Source of the DNA: an uncultured Veillonellaceae bacterium
GTDB taxonomy: Bacteria > Bacillota > Negativicutes > Selenomonadales > Selenomonadaceae
DNA length: 64,000 bases
Reading direction: 5' to 3'
Assembly: GCA_902801565.1 (NCBI GenBank)
Contig: CADCIX010000006.1
Coordinates: 10,070-74,069 of the forward strand
The translations under genes and the position numbers were made by a program. Shown here piece after piece: positions 1 through 10,640 of the stretch. Position 1 is the stretch's first letter. Each line of letters opens with the position of its first letter. The notes beneath the pieces were generated by a model, which saw only the letters and a list, made by a program, of their open reading frames with translations, searched no databases and had not been told where the DNA came from.

Positions 1-1187
1 TTGATGTTGCGCTCCTTGGCAAAGCCCGGCGCATTGACGTAATTTACCTCGCTCTCCATGATGGGGTTCAGCATGCCCTTGATGACAGCCGTGGAGAGAA
101 GCCCTGTGTTGACCTCGGTGATTTCCCCGTTGTAGGTGATTTCCACGCTCTTGATGGGGCCTTCTGCGAGGGAGCAGACCGTTCCTCCGATGCGCTCCGC
201 CAGATTGAGATAGGGCCCGATGACCTTCATGACCTGCGGGGAAACAGGCGCCATATTGACCGCCGTGGACACAGGCTCGCCCTTGAGTGCCGCAAGGATG
301 CCCTCCGACACGTCCACGGAAACCCCAATCTGCGCCTCCACCGTCGATGCGCCGAGATGAGGCGTGAGGATGATGCCGGGAATGCCCAGCAGAGGATGAT
401 CCGCAGGAATCGGCTCACTGGTGAACACGTCGATTGCCGCGCCTGCCACGATGCCATCCTTCACCGCCTGGGCCAGATCCGCCTCGTCGATGATGCCTCC
501 GCGGGCGCAGTTCACAAGGCGCACGCCCTTCTTCATCTTCTTCATCTGCTCCATGGAGATCATGCCCTTGGTCTCAGGAGTCAAAGGCATATGCACCGTG
601 ATGAAGTCTGCCTCCGCAATCACATCATCCAGGGAACCCACCTTGACACCAAGGGACTTCGCACGCTCCTCATTGATATAGGGATCATAGGCGATGACAT
701 TCATGTCAAAGGCCAGGGCCCTCTTTGCAACGCCGCTTCCGATACGCCCCATTCCGACAACGCCGAGAGTCTTTCCGCGAAGTTCCACGCCCACATATTT
801 CTTGCGGTTCCATTCGCCCTTCTGCAAGGTCTCGTTGGCAATGGGGATATGGCGGGACATGGCGAGCATCATGGCCATGGTATGCTCCGTGGCTGCGATG
901 GTGTTGCCGCCGGGGGAGTTGATGACGATGATGCCTCGTGCGGTTGCCGCAGGAATGTCGATGTTGTCCACGCCGACGCCGGCCCTGCCGATGATCTTGA
1001 GTTTCTCCGCACGCTCGATGACATCCGCCGTGACCTTGGAAGCCGAGCGGACCATCAGCGCATCAAACTCCGGAATGATGGAAAGAAGCTCCTCATGGGA
1101 AATCTTCTCCTTCACTACCACTTCGAACTCCTTCTCCAGAAGCTCGATACCCTTTGTCGAAATACCATCTGCTGCCAAAACCTTCAT
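1..1187 (-). CDS. serA: D-3-phosphoglycerate dehydrogenase (long type); 3' end runs off the window
   Basis: Absent from the ORF track because it is open at the window edge. Manual reverse translation from ATG at 1187-1185 gives MKVLAADGISTKGIELLEKEF...IIGRAGVGVDNIDI...GKTLGVVGMGRIGSGVA...VRLVNCARGGIIDE...TPHLGASTVEAQ, the D-2-hydroxyacid dehydrogenase/SerA signature. GAGGAGGAG lies just upstream. Confidence 0.85.
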   Translation of the reverse strand, partial: MKVLAADGISTKGIELLEKEFEVVVKEKISHEELLSIIPEFDALMVRSASKVTADVIERAEKLKIIGRAGVGVDNIDIPAATARGIIVINSPGGNTIAATEHTMAMMLAMSRHIPIANETLQKGEWNRKKYVGVELRGKTLGVVGMGRIGSGVAKRALAFDMNVIAYDPYINEERAKSLGVKVGSLDDVIAEADFITVHMPLTPETKGMISMEQMKKMKKGVRLVNCARGGIIDEADLAQAVKDGIVAGAAIDVFTSEPIPADHPLLGIPGIILTPHLGASTVEAQIGVSVDVSEGILAALKGEPVSTAVNMAPVSPQVMKVIGPYLNLAERIGGTVCSLAEGPIKSVEITYNGEITEVNTGLLSTAVIKGMLNPIMESEVNYVNAPGFAKERNI

Positions 1188-1211
1188 AATGACTCTCCTC
1201 CTCAAACAAAT

Positions 1212-2816
<1,605 letters not shown>

Positions 2817-2831
2817 CTATATTTCCTCCTG

Positions 2832-3167
2832 CTATTCCTGAATGCTCTCGAATAATTTCTCCTTGCGGCGGCTGGCCTTGGAAGAACCCTTGCTGCCGGC
2901 AGCCGTGGAACGGGAAGAAGTGTGGGTGCGCTTAACCTCGGGAGGAGCCCACTCTATGAGGCCCCATTGCCCCTCTCCCTCATAATGGAACCTGCTGTCC
3001 ATATTGATATGCGTGTATACCTCAGAGATTGCTGCGGAAAGCGACTGGACAGGCTTGTGCTTCTTCTCGATGACCTCCAGGACAAGATCCTTGTAGTACA
3101 TCGCCTGTCCTTTCTGGCTCAATATATAGTATGCGACATCTGCTTCAGAACTGGTGACGAAATCCAA
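2832..3167 (-). CDS. rpoE: RNA polymerase delta-subunit-like HARE-HTH protein (basic tail instead of acidic tail)
   Basis: 111 aa. The N-terminal approx 75 aa follow the RpoE/HARE-HTH pattern (A..IL...M.YKDL...V......I.EVYT.IN.DSRF...G...WGL..W). It sits immediately upstream of pyrG, as in Bacilli. Confidence 0.65.
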   Translation of the reverse strand: MDFVTSSEADVAYYILSQKGQAMYYKDLVLEVIEKKHKPVQSLSAAISEVYTHINMDSRFHYEGEGQWGLIEWAPPEVKRTHTSSRSTAAGSKGSSKASRRKEKLFESIQE

Positions 3168-3187
3168 GAGAAAAACCCCTTTCTATG

Positions 3188-4843
3188 CTACATCTTATTC
3201 GGTGCCGACACCCCAAGGATTCCAAGGGAATGGCGGATGACATGGGCCGCGACATCGACAAGGGCAAGCCGCGCCTCGGCAAGAGACGGCTCCACGCCCA
3301 TGATGCGGCATTTATTGTAGAAGCTGTGGAACAGGCTGGCAAGGTCATAGGCATATCTTGCAATGCGCTGGGGCGCATACTCTGCCGCTGCCCGGTCCAC
3401 TTCCTCCGTGTATTCCTCGATCTTCTTGATGAGGGCAATCTCCGTCTCATCCGTGAGCAATTCCATCTGAGGATGCTCCCCAAGGGCAAGACCCACTTCC
3501 TCTGCCTGCCGATGGATGCTGCAGATGCGGGCATGGGCGTATTGGATATAGTAGACGGGATTCTCGTTGGACTGTTTCTTCGCAAGATCCAGATCGAAAT
3601 CCAGCTGGCTGTCCAGGGAACGCATGAGGAAGAAATACCTGGCAGCATCAGTGCCCACTTCCTCCATGAGCTCGTTCAATGTGACGCTCTCTCCCGTGCG
3701 CTTCGACATCTTGACGAGTTCTCCGCCGCGATAGAGGCTGACCATCTGAAGGAGCAAGACCTCCAGATGGGAGGCATCATAGCCCAGAGCCGACATGGCC
3801 GCCTTCACCCTGCAGACATAGCCGTGATGGTCCGCGCCCCAGATATTGATGAGCTTGCCGAAGCCCCGCTCGAACTTGTTGCGATGGTAGGCAATATCCG
3901 CGGCCAGATAGGTGGGCACACCATTCTCCCGGATGACCACCCGGTCCTTGTCGTCCCCATAGGCCGTGGATTTCAGCCAAAGGGCTCCGCCCTCCTCATA
4001 GATATTGCCGTTTTTCTTCAATACCTCGACGGCCTCATGGATTGCATCGGGATGCAGGGTGCGCTCGCTGAACCACTTGTCGAAGGTCACATGGAAGGCT
4101 TCCAGATCCTCCTTCAGAGCCGCCAGCTTCTCCTGATAGGCAAGGTCCTTGAAGATGGCAAGACGCTCCTTTTCCTCCAGCCCGAGATACTTGTCCCCGT
4201 CCTTCTTGAGGATGCGCTTTGCCGTGTCGATGATGTCCGCGCCATGATACCCATTCTCCGGGAATTCCACGGTCTTCCCCAGAAGTTCCAGATAGCGGGC
4301 ATTCACGGACATGGCAAGATTGTCCATCTGGTTCCCTGCATCATTGATGTAATACTCGCTCTCCACAGGATAGCCGGCTGCCCGCAACAGGTTCACCAGG
4401 GCGCTCCCCACAGCTGCGCCGCGCCCGTGCCCCACATGCAGAAGCCCCGTGGGATTGGCGCTCACGTACTCCACCTGTATCCGTTCTGTATCCTTGGCGG
4501 GAAGCTGGCCGTATTCCGCCCCCGCCTCGAAGATCTTCCGGAAGGAATCATAGAGCACATTGGATTTCAAATAGAAGTTGAGGAACCCCGGGCCTGCAAC
4601 CTCCGTGCGCTCCAGCCAGTCCCCCTCCATGCGCTTCGCCAGCTCCTCGGCAATCTTTCGGGGGGTCATGCGGAACACCTTCGCCGACTGCATGGCAAAA
4701 TTCGTGGCAAAGTCGCCAAACTCCTTCTGCGGCGGAACCTCCAGCGCAATCTTCGCGAGCTCCCCCTCCGGGAACACGCCATCCGCCATGGCAGACCTCG
4801 CCGCCTCCTCAATGGCCTTTTCCAATGTCTCCTTGATATCCAA
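3188..4843 (-). CDS. argS: Arginine--tRNA ligase
   Basis: Class I aaRS motifs are present (SANPTGLLHVGH, MSKRTG). The ORF is open to 4918, but a TTG at 4843 preceded by GGAGGA gives a typical N-terminus (DIKETLEKAI). Confidence 0.93.
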   Translation of the reverse strand: MDIKETLEKAIEEAARSAMADGVFPEGELAKIALEVPPQKEFGDFATNFAMQSAKVFRMTPRKIAEELAKRMEGDWLERTEVAGPGFLNFYLKSNVLYDSFRKIFEAGAEYGQLPAKDTERIQVEYVSANPTGLLHVGHGRGAAVGSALVNLLRAAGYPVESEYYINDAGNQMDNLAMSVNARYLELLGKTVEFPENGYHGADIIDTAKRILKKDGDKYLGLEEKERLAIFKDLAYQEKLAALKEDLEAFHVTFDKWFSERTLHPDAIHEAVEVLKKNGNIYEEGGALWLKSTAYGDDKDRVVIRENGVPTYLAADIAYHRNKFERGFGKLINIWGADHHGYVCRVKAAMSALGYDASHLEVLLLQMVSLYRGGELVKMSKRTGESVTLNELMEEVGTDAARYFFLMRSLDSQLDFDLDLAKKQSNENPVYYIQYAHARICSIHRQAEEVGLALGEHPQMELLTDETEIALIKKIEEYTEEVDRAAAEYAPQRIARYAYDLASLFHSFYNKCRIMGVEPSLAEARLALVDVAAHVIRHSLGILGVSAPNKM

Positions 4844-4892
4844 GTCGAATCCTCCTAACAGACATACTTCCAAACACTCCCTAGTATAACGC

Positions 4893-4931
4893 AAAATAGA
4901 AGGTTTTGCCAGAGGCAAAACCTTCTATTTT
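4893..4931. terminator. Perfect 18-bp inverted repeat, intrinsic terminator between the cheX-like gene and argS
   Basis: aaaatagaaggttttgcc-aga-ggcaaaaccttctatttt. T-runs occur at the arm ends on both strands. Confidence 0.7.
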
Positions 4932-4962
4932 ATGTTCCGATCGAATTGTCCGCTTTTCCGTC

Positions 4963-5427
4963 CTACTTCTGATCAACGGCGATATCCAGTTCCACGATCT
5001 GCCCCCCCAGATCCATCTCAACCGTGAGATACTGGGAATCGCTGATCTTGACCTGGAAATTCGCCCCAATGGTCAGGCTTGGCGTGGAAATATCCACCTC
5101 AAGGCCCATGCCCGTAAGATTCGTTGCAGCATTTGCCGTGAGCATGTTCGACATCTCCGAGATGGCACTCTGTGCCATGGCATCAAACTCATTGATGGGC
5201 ATCCCCATCATCATCGTCGAGGCAATATACTTTGCCGTGTCCTCCGACATATTGTAAACGACATTGCCGCGAATCTGCTTGGTGAAACCGACAATGACAG
5301 AAACTCCCCGGCTGACGGCATTCCTTTCCCTGACGTAGAGTTTCGCGCGCTTTGGCTCCGGAAACCCCATCTGCGGCATGACAGATGTAAATGCATCAAC
5401 GAAAGGATTTACTAATTTCGCATCCAT
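4963..5427 (-). CDS. CheX/CheC-like chemotaxis phosphatase family protein
   Basis: About 154 aa starting at MDAKLVNPFVDAFTSVM. This is the CheX-type pattern (N-terminal helix, then G.VVG, then an S/E-rich helix ISEMSNML). The ATG lies 4 nt after the upstream stop and is preceded by GGAAGGGG. Confidence 0.7.
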   Translation of the reverse strand: MDAKLVNPFVDAFTSVMPQMGFPEPKRAKLYVRERNAVSRGVSVIVGFTKQIRGNVVYNMSEDTAKYIASTMMMGMPINEFDAMAQSAISEMSNMLTANAATNLTGMGLEVDISTPSLTIGANFQVKISDSQYLTVEMDLGGQIVELDIAVDQK

Positions 5428-5431
5428 CTTA

Positions 5432-6304
5432 TCATTCCCCTTCCGCAAATCCAACGTTCAGATAAATCTTGCCAATCCTTGTATCTGCCGTAATCTTGAA
5501 AGTCGTAAGTTTCGGGCTCGCGATGCGGATATTCGTGCCGCTGATCGTGCCCGGCGGAGTGATGCGCATTTCCTTGTCCTTGAACACATCATTGATATTC
5601 GACACACCGCGTCCCACGATGATATTCACAGCTTCCTCCACCGTGTCGCTGGCATCATCCTCGTCCAGATCCTTCGGATCGTCGATATTCAACATAATCG
5701 AAGAGAACTTGTTCATGGTATCCACGTCCATGTAGACAATGGCACGCCCCACAGGAAAGCCCGTGAGACCCACGATGACGGCGATGCCGCTCACGTCGAG
5801 GTAACGGCGGTCATCCAGTTCCAGGCTGACCTCGCTGTGCACCCCGATCATGCTGAAAATGCCCTGCTGTAAAGCGCGCACGAAGGCCTTGGCATAGGAC
5901 TCCCTGAGAACGGCAATCTTTCCCACCTTGCTCTGGCAAAGCACCATCATCGTATCAATCAGGTCGTTGGTGCTGATGGGCTTCTGCAAGAAGGCACTGA
6001 TGCCCACTTCCCGGCCCGTGGCCACCAGGCTGGCATCCTTCATCGCACTGATCATGATGATCTTCACATCGGAATCAATGGCATGGATGCGCCTGCTGCA
6101 CTCAATGCCATCGGCATCGGGAAGATTCATGTCCATCGTGATGATGCTGGGATGCGTCTCCCCGTACAAGGCTACCGCTTCTGCTGCGGTCTTCGCCTCG
6201 GCGCATACCTCGAAGTTCGTCTTGGCCAGATGCCCCCGGATCATGGCACGGCTGATCTTCGAATCATCTACTATCATTACCTTGACTTTCTCCACAAAGC
6301 TCAC
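5432..6304 (-). CDS. Response-regulator receiver domain fused to a CheX-like domain
   Basis: N-terminus is VMIVDDS...DMNLPDADG...ISA...K (REC). The C-terminal approx 150 aa resemble the neighbouring CheX-like protein. The start is ambiguous (GTG 6304, GTG 6295 or ATG 6277). Confidence 0.8.
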   Translation of the reverse strand: MSFVEKVKVMIVDDSKISRAMIRGHLAKTNFEVCAEAKTAAEAVALYGETHPSIITMDMNLPDADGIECSRRIHAIDSDVKIIMISAMKDASLVATGREVGISAFLQKPISTNDLIDTMMVLCQSKVGKIAVLRESYAKAFVRALQQGIFSMIGVHSEVSLELDDRRYLDVSGIAVIVGLTGFPVGRAIVYMDVDTMNKFSSIMLNIDDPKDLDEDDASDTVEEAVNIIVGRGVSNINDVFKDKEMRITPPGTISGTNIRIASPKLTTFKITADTRIGKIYLNVGFAEGE

Positions 6305-6429
6305 CTGCTTCTCTCTATATGATTTTTAAAAGCCATTTTCCCTTATTAGATTAATTCTTCGCTATCCACATAGAAAATCCCTGCTAAAATAAAACTTTTT
6401 TCCTCAAATTTCTAAAAAGAAACGAGAAA

Positions 6430-6457
6430 GGCACCCCATCGACCTCGATGGAGTGCC
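6430..6457 (-). terminator. Intrinsic terminator downstream of ndh
   Basis: GGCACCCCATCGA-CC-TCGATGGAGTGCC stem, followed on the minus strand by CTTTCTCGTTTCTTTTT. Confidence 0.65.
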
Positions 6458-6470
6458 CAACAAAAGAAAT

Positions 6471-7736
6471 TCATTCCACTTCAATATTCGTCACAATACG
6501 GCCAAGCCGTGTTCCCGAAAGGAGATTCCACATCCATTTGAGGGAGATGGTGAGCTTCATGTGGGTTCCCGCCAAGCGATAGAGATGGATGAACATCCAT
6601 GCACACCATGCGAGGAACCCCGTCAGTTCCGGATTCATGCTGGTCTTGTTGACCACGGCCTCGCCGCGCCCAATGGTCGCCATGGCGCCCATATCTTTAT
6701 AATGGAAGGATTCGAGATTCTTATCGCCCTTGATGAGTTTGAGGATATTCCTGCAGGCAACCTCCGCCTCCTGGTAGGCCACAGGCGCCACCGTGGGAAG
6801 CGGGCGCTCCGTTCCATGGCAGAAACTCGCACAGTCGCCGATGACAAAGACCCGGTCGGATCCCTTGGCAAGAAGGTTCTCCTCCACGATGATGCGCCCG
6901 GCGCGATCCACCTCCGCACCGCAATTTGCGATAAAGGGCACTGCCTTGACACCGGCGGCCCAGATGACCGTTTGTGTGGGAATGGACCGCCCGTCCTTGA
7001 GGTTCAGTGTCTTGCCGTCATAGCCAACCACCTGGGTGGAAAGGGAAACCTCAACCCCCTTCCCCCGAAGGACTTCCACGGTATGGTCGCGGAGCCGCTG
7101 GGACATCATGGGCAGCACGGTCGGCGTCGCCTCGATGAGCTTGATGCTGACCTCGTTGAAGTCGATGTTGTGGTATTCCTTCTTCTGTATCTCGATGAGC
7201 TCGCATATGGCACCGGCCTCCTCGATGCCCGTGGGGCCTCCGCCCACCACCACGAAGGTCAGCATGCGGCGGCGTGTCGCCTCGTCATCCTGATGCTTGT
7301 TGGCACGCTCGAACATATGAAGGACATGATTGCGGATGTGCAGTGCCTCCTGTATGGTCTTCATGCCATAGGAATACTTCTCCACGGACTCCATGCCAAA
7401 GTAGTTCGTCGTGGCCCCTGCCGCCAGGATCAGATAGTCATAGGGAATCTCTCCATGGTTCGTCAGCAGCACCTGCCTCGCCTGGTCCACGCCCTGGGCC
7501 TTCGCCATGAAGAGATCCACATTCTTGTTCTCCCGGAAAAACGCCCGGATGGGGTAGGCAATCTCCGCCGGGTCCAGGATTGCCGTGGAAATCTGGTAAA
7601 GAAGCGGCTGGAACAAATGGAAGTTATGGCGGTCCACCAACATGACCTCCACATTCTCCCTGGCGAAGAGCTTGGCAGCCTTGATGCCGCCAAAACCTGC
7701 TCCCACAATCACGATATGCGGCCTGCTGTTTGCCAT
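6471..7736 (-). CDS. ndh: Type II NADH dehydrogenase (NAD(P)/FAD-dependent oxidoreductase)
   Basis: MANSRPHIVIVGAGFGGIKAA (FAD GxGxxG) and VVVGGGPTGIE (second dinucleotide fold). ATG at 7736 is preceded by GGAGGAAAC. The upstream part of the ORF, to 7832, is AT-rich and unlikely to be coding. Confidence 0.88.
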   Translation of the reverse strand: MANSRPHIVIVGAGFGGIKAAKLFARENVEVMLVDRHNFHLFQPLLYQISTAILDPAEIAYPIRAFFRENKNVDLFMAKAQGVDQARQVLLTNHGEIPYDYLILAAGATTNYFGMESVEKYSYGMKTIQEALHIRNHVLHMFERANKHQDDEATRRRMLTFVVVGGGPTGIEEAGAICELIEIQKKEYHNIDFNEVSIKLIEATPTVLPMMSQRLRDHTVEVLRGKGVEVSLSTQVVGYDGKTLNLKDGRSIPTQTVIWAAGVKAVPFIANCGAEVDRAGRIIVEENLLAKGSDRVFVIGDCASFCHGTERPLPTVAPVAYQEAEVACRNILKLIKGDKNLESFHYKDMGAMATIGRGEAVVNKTSMNPELTGFLAWCAWMFIHLYRLAGTHMKLTISLKWMWNLLSGTRLGRIVTNIEVE

Positions 7737-7888
7737 GATAGTTTCCTCCCCAATAGATTCGTGAAAAAAATAACTTTTGTATATCATATCACACTTTATT
7801 GGTTTTTCAAGGAAAATTTTCTTTACTTCCAAAAGTTATCGTTATGTATTGGCAGAGCCTCCGAATCCCTCTGATTTCAACCGAATGC

Positions 7889-8947
7889 CTATTGTGGAAG
7901 TGTTCTGGCCCGGAATCCTTTGCCCTTCGCAACATATCGTCCCATGGCACGGATGCGCCCTTCCATGCAGCCCCGACAGTCCGCAGGGGTATCCGAAACG
8001 CATATCTTGCCTGGATACAAGGCGTATTTCCTGCGGTATTCCCCTTCCGTCACATTGGGCATGACCACGTTTGCCCCGGAGGCAAGGATGATTTCCCTGC
8101 CTCCCTTCACCATGGTCTCCACCGCCGTGGTTGCCGGAATGTTCGCCTCGGGCAGAAGCAACCGGAGCAGGGAAACCATGCGCCGCGTGAGGTGAAAATC
8201 CCCCGCTTCCTCATCCCCAAGGGGCGTATCCCCATTGGGAATGAGCGGACCGATGCCCAGCATGTCCACATCCATTTCCTGATAAAAGAGGATATCCTCT
8301 GCAATGGATTCCAGGCTTTGCCCGGGAAGGCCTACCAAAGTTCCCGTCCCGACCTCATATCCCAAACGCTTCAAGTCCTGCAGGCAACGCACGCGATTTT
8401 TGTAGCTCATGCCCGGATCCAGTTTCTCATAGAGTGCTTCATTCGTCGTTTCTATGCGAAGCAGATAGCGATCTGCCCCTGCCTCGCGAAATGCCTTGTA
8501 TTCCTCATAGGAGCGTTCCCCAATGGAAAGGGTGATGGCCATGTCCAGCTTCTTGATTTCTCTAAGAATCCCTGCCATCCTCTCCACATTGAAATACGGA
8601 TCCTCTCCGGACTGCAGGACCACCGTCCGGTAACCATAGCCCTTGGCCTTCTCCGCCAGCATGACGATTTCCTCTCCGGACAGCCGATAGCGCTCCAGCC
8701 TTCGGTTGTCCCGGCGCAGGCCGCAGTACATGCAGTTCTGGCGGCAGATATTGGAGAACTCGATGAGCCCCCGCAGATGGATGCCATCTCCCACATAGGC
8801 ATGGCGCACCCTGTCAGCAGCTGCCGCCAATGCCTCCTCGCACTCCGGCGAGGCAAGCAGGGACACGAGATCCTCCTTATCCAGCCGATGTTCCCTTTCC
8901 GCCCGCAAAACCAGCCTGTCCAGCACAATCCACCGCCTCACATGCAA
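7889..8947 (-). CDS. hydE: [FeFe]-hydrogenase maturase HydE (radical SAM)
   Basis: CRQNCMYCGLR radical-SAM cluster motif within a BioB-like fold pattern, with hydF nearby. The start is probably TTG 8947 or GTG 8941, just after the upstream stop. The listed ORF N-terminus (RRTRRIRK...) is an out-of-frame read of the upstream repeat. Confidence 0.82.
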   Translation of the reverse strand: MHVRRWIVLDRLVLRAEREHRLDKEDLVSLLASPECEEALAAAADRVRHAYVGDGIHLRGLIEFSNICRQNCMYCGLRRDNRRLERYRLSGEEIVMLAEKAKGYGYRTVVLQSGEDPYFNVERMAGILREIKKLDMAITLSIGERSYEEYKAFREAGADRYLLRIETTNEALYEKLDPGMSYKNRVRCLQDLKRLGYEVGTGTLVGLPGQSLESIAEDILFYQEMDVDMLGIGPLIPNGDTPLGDEEAGDFHLTRRMVSLLRLLLPEANIPATTAVETMVKGGREIILASGANVVMPNVTEGEYRRKYALYPGKICVSDTPADCRGCMEGRIRAMGRYVAKGKGFRARTLPQ

Positions 8948-8951
8948 TGTG

Positions 8952-9602
8952 TTACTTCTTGTCCTTCTTATCTTTCTTGTCTTTCTTATCCTTCTTGTCC
9001 TTCTTATCCTCATCTTTTAGCGGATTCTTCGCCTCTTCGAGCTTCTTCTTGTCTTCCTCCCGAAGTTCCCCCTTCGTATGCCCTATGATTTCCTCCTGAT
9101 GTTCAGCCGCGTATTCGAGGATTGCCCGGTAGAACTTTCCATCCACGTCCTTCTCCCCATAGGAGTCCAGGCTCACCGGCTCATAATTCTTCTCCACGTT
9201 CAAGGGATTCCAGCCATCATCCAGATCGTTATGCTCTATAATGCGCACGGTCTTTTCCTCAAGATTGAACTCCAGATAATCCGCTGCCCCCGTCAGCATA
9301 TCATAACCGTCCATATCCATCATCCGCCAGCGGCGCTTTGCCACCACATCCTCAATCTGCACGGGATCATATACCTTGATGGTCGGCACGATCAGCCGAT
9401 TGAGGTCAATGTATCCTTCCTTGTCCACCGCATAGCACATCTGCTCCTTGTTGAAATAATATCCCGCACGGGCAGTTGACTGAACCCATTCAAAAGTATC
9501 CTTCGGAAGTGTCGGAGTCGCCTCAATGGCAGACTGCCCTGAAAGCAGCAACGCACCGGCCACCATTCCCATTGCACAGATTTTCTTGATAGAATATTTC
9601 AT
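8952..9602 (-). CDS. Secreted hypothetical protein with C-terminal (KKD)n tail
   Basis: MKYSIKKICAMGMVAGALLLSGQSAIEA signal peptide after GGAGGAAC. No recognised catalytic motif. Appears to be a paralog of the 10641-11519 product. Confidence 0.6.
   Translation of the reverse strand: MKYSIKKICAMGMVAGALLLSGQSAIEATPTLPKDTFEWVQSTARAGYYFNKEQMCYAVDKEGYIDLNRLIVPTIKVYDPVQIEDVVAKRRWRMMDMDGYDMLTGAADYLEFNLEEKTVRIIEHNDLDDGWNPLNVEKNYEPVSLDSYGEKDVDGKFYRAILEYAAEHQEEIIGHTKGELREEDKKKLEEAKNPLKDEDKKDKKDKKDKKDKKDKK
8955..9008. repeat. Six tandem 9-bp units (three 18-bp units) encoding KKD repeats
   Basis: cttcttgtc cttcttatc tttcttgtc tttcttatc cttcttgtc cttcttatc, read directly from the sequence. Confidence 0.95.
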
Positions 9603-9618
9603 AAAAGTTCCTCCTGAC

Positions 9619-10554
9619 TCAATCATCCCGGCTCCTATAAAGCTCATCCAGCTCATAGGGAGTTTCCTGATAGACGTAATAGTTCAACCAATTCGCAAAA
9701 AGCAGATGCGCCACAGAACGCCACCGCACAATCGGGGGCTTCGATGGGTCATCCTGGGGATAATAATTGATGGGAATCTTTGGGTTCATGCCCGCCTTGA
9801 AATCCCTGTCATATTCCTGCTTCAAGGTCATCGGGTCATATTCCGCATGACCTGTGATGAAGAACTGGCGTTTTTCCAGGTTGGCGATGATGTACACCCC
9901 CGCATCCCCTTCTGCCTCCGCCAGGATGGTAAGCTCCGGAACCTTCAGGATGTCCTCCTTGTGTTCCTCCGTATGGCGGGAATGGGGCACATAGAACTCA
10001 TCGTCAAACCCCCGCAAAAGGCGCTCATGCTCCACGCAAAGATGATGCCGGTAAACGCCGAAAATCTTCTCCGGCACATGGTACTTCGGGATGCCATAGT
10101 GATAGTAGAGCCCGGCCTGCGCTCCCCAGCAGATATGGAAGGTGGAATATACATGGGTGTTGGTCCACTCCATGATTTCCGCAACCTCATCCCAATAAGC
10201 GACCTCCTCGAACTCGTAATTCTCCACGGGAGCGCCGGTGATGATGAAACCGTCGTACTTCCTGTGGCGCACCTCGGCGAAAGTTCCATAGAACTCCGTG
10301 AGATAATCCTGGGAAGTATGAGACGGCGTATAGGACTCCGTGTAGATAAAGTCCACCTCCACCTGCAGCGGCGTATTGCCAAGCAGTCTCAGAAGCTGCG
10401 TCTCCGTGACAGACTTAATCGGCATGAGGTTCAATATAAGCAGTCGCAAGGGACGGATATCCTGGCTGTAGGCCCGGTCCGCATCCATGACGAAGATATT
10501 CTCACCCTCCAGCACATGAGCGGCCGGCAGATTGTTCGGTATCTTTATCGGCAT
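9619..10554 (-). CDS. metA: Homoserine O-acyltransferase (MetA family)
   Basis: [23 protein letters not shown]...[12 protein letters not shown]...ICWGAQA, the typical MetA/HTS pattern. Confidence 0.9.
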   Translation of the reverse strand: MPIKIPNNLPAAHVLEGENIFVMDADRAYSQDIRPLRLLILNLMPIKSVTETQLLRLLGNTPLQVEVDFIYTESYTPSHTSQDYLTEFYGTFAEVRHRKYDGFIITGAPVENYEFEEVAYWDEVAEIMEWTNTHVYSTFHICWGAQAGLYYHYGIPKYHVPEKIFGVYRHHLCVEHERLLRGFDDEFYVPHSRHTEEHKEDILKVPELTILAEAEGDAGVYIIANLEKRQFFITGHAEYDPMTLKQEYDRDFKAGMNPKIPINYYPQDDPSKPPIVRWRSVAHLLFANWLNYYVYQETPYELDELYRSRDD

Positions 10555-10564
10555 TGGCTTCACC

Positions 10565-10603
10565 TTTCAAAAACAGGCAGCATCCTCAAGGTCGGATGCT
10601 GCC
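10565..10603 (-). terminator. Terminator-like hairpin plus U-tract about 10 nt upstream of the metA start
   Basis: Minus strand reads GGCAGCATCC-gaccttga-GGATGCTGCC TGTTTTTGA, then AAGGTGAAGCCAATG (metA start). Confidence 0.55.
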
Positions 10604-10640
10604 TTCATATTTCACAAAAAGACTCGCAGGAATCTCCGCA

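Noticed and set aside
4844-4962. A T-box leader for argS (and likewise for metG at 46009-46020).
   Set aside because: The available upstream space (about 50 nt between terminator and start for argS, 12 nt for metG) is far too short for a T-box, and no specifier or T-box sequence is visible.
8955-9008. The short tandem repeats as a CRISPR array.
   Set aside because: The units are 9 bp, contiguous with no spacers, and lie inside a coding region where they encode KKD repeats.
8948-9013. N-terminal RRTRRIRKTRKIRRTR segment of the listed hydE ORF.
   Set aside because: It is an out-of-frame reading of the 9-bp KKD repeat that belongs to the upstream gene. A TTG/GTG start just after that gene's stop gives a normal HydE N-terminus.
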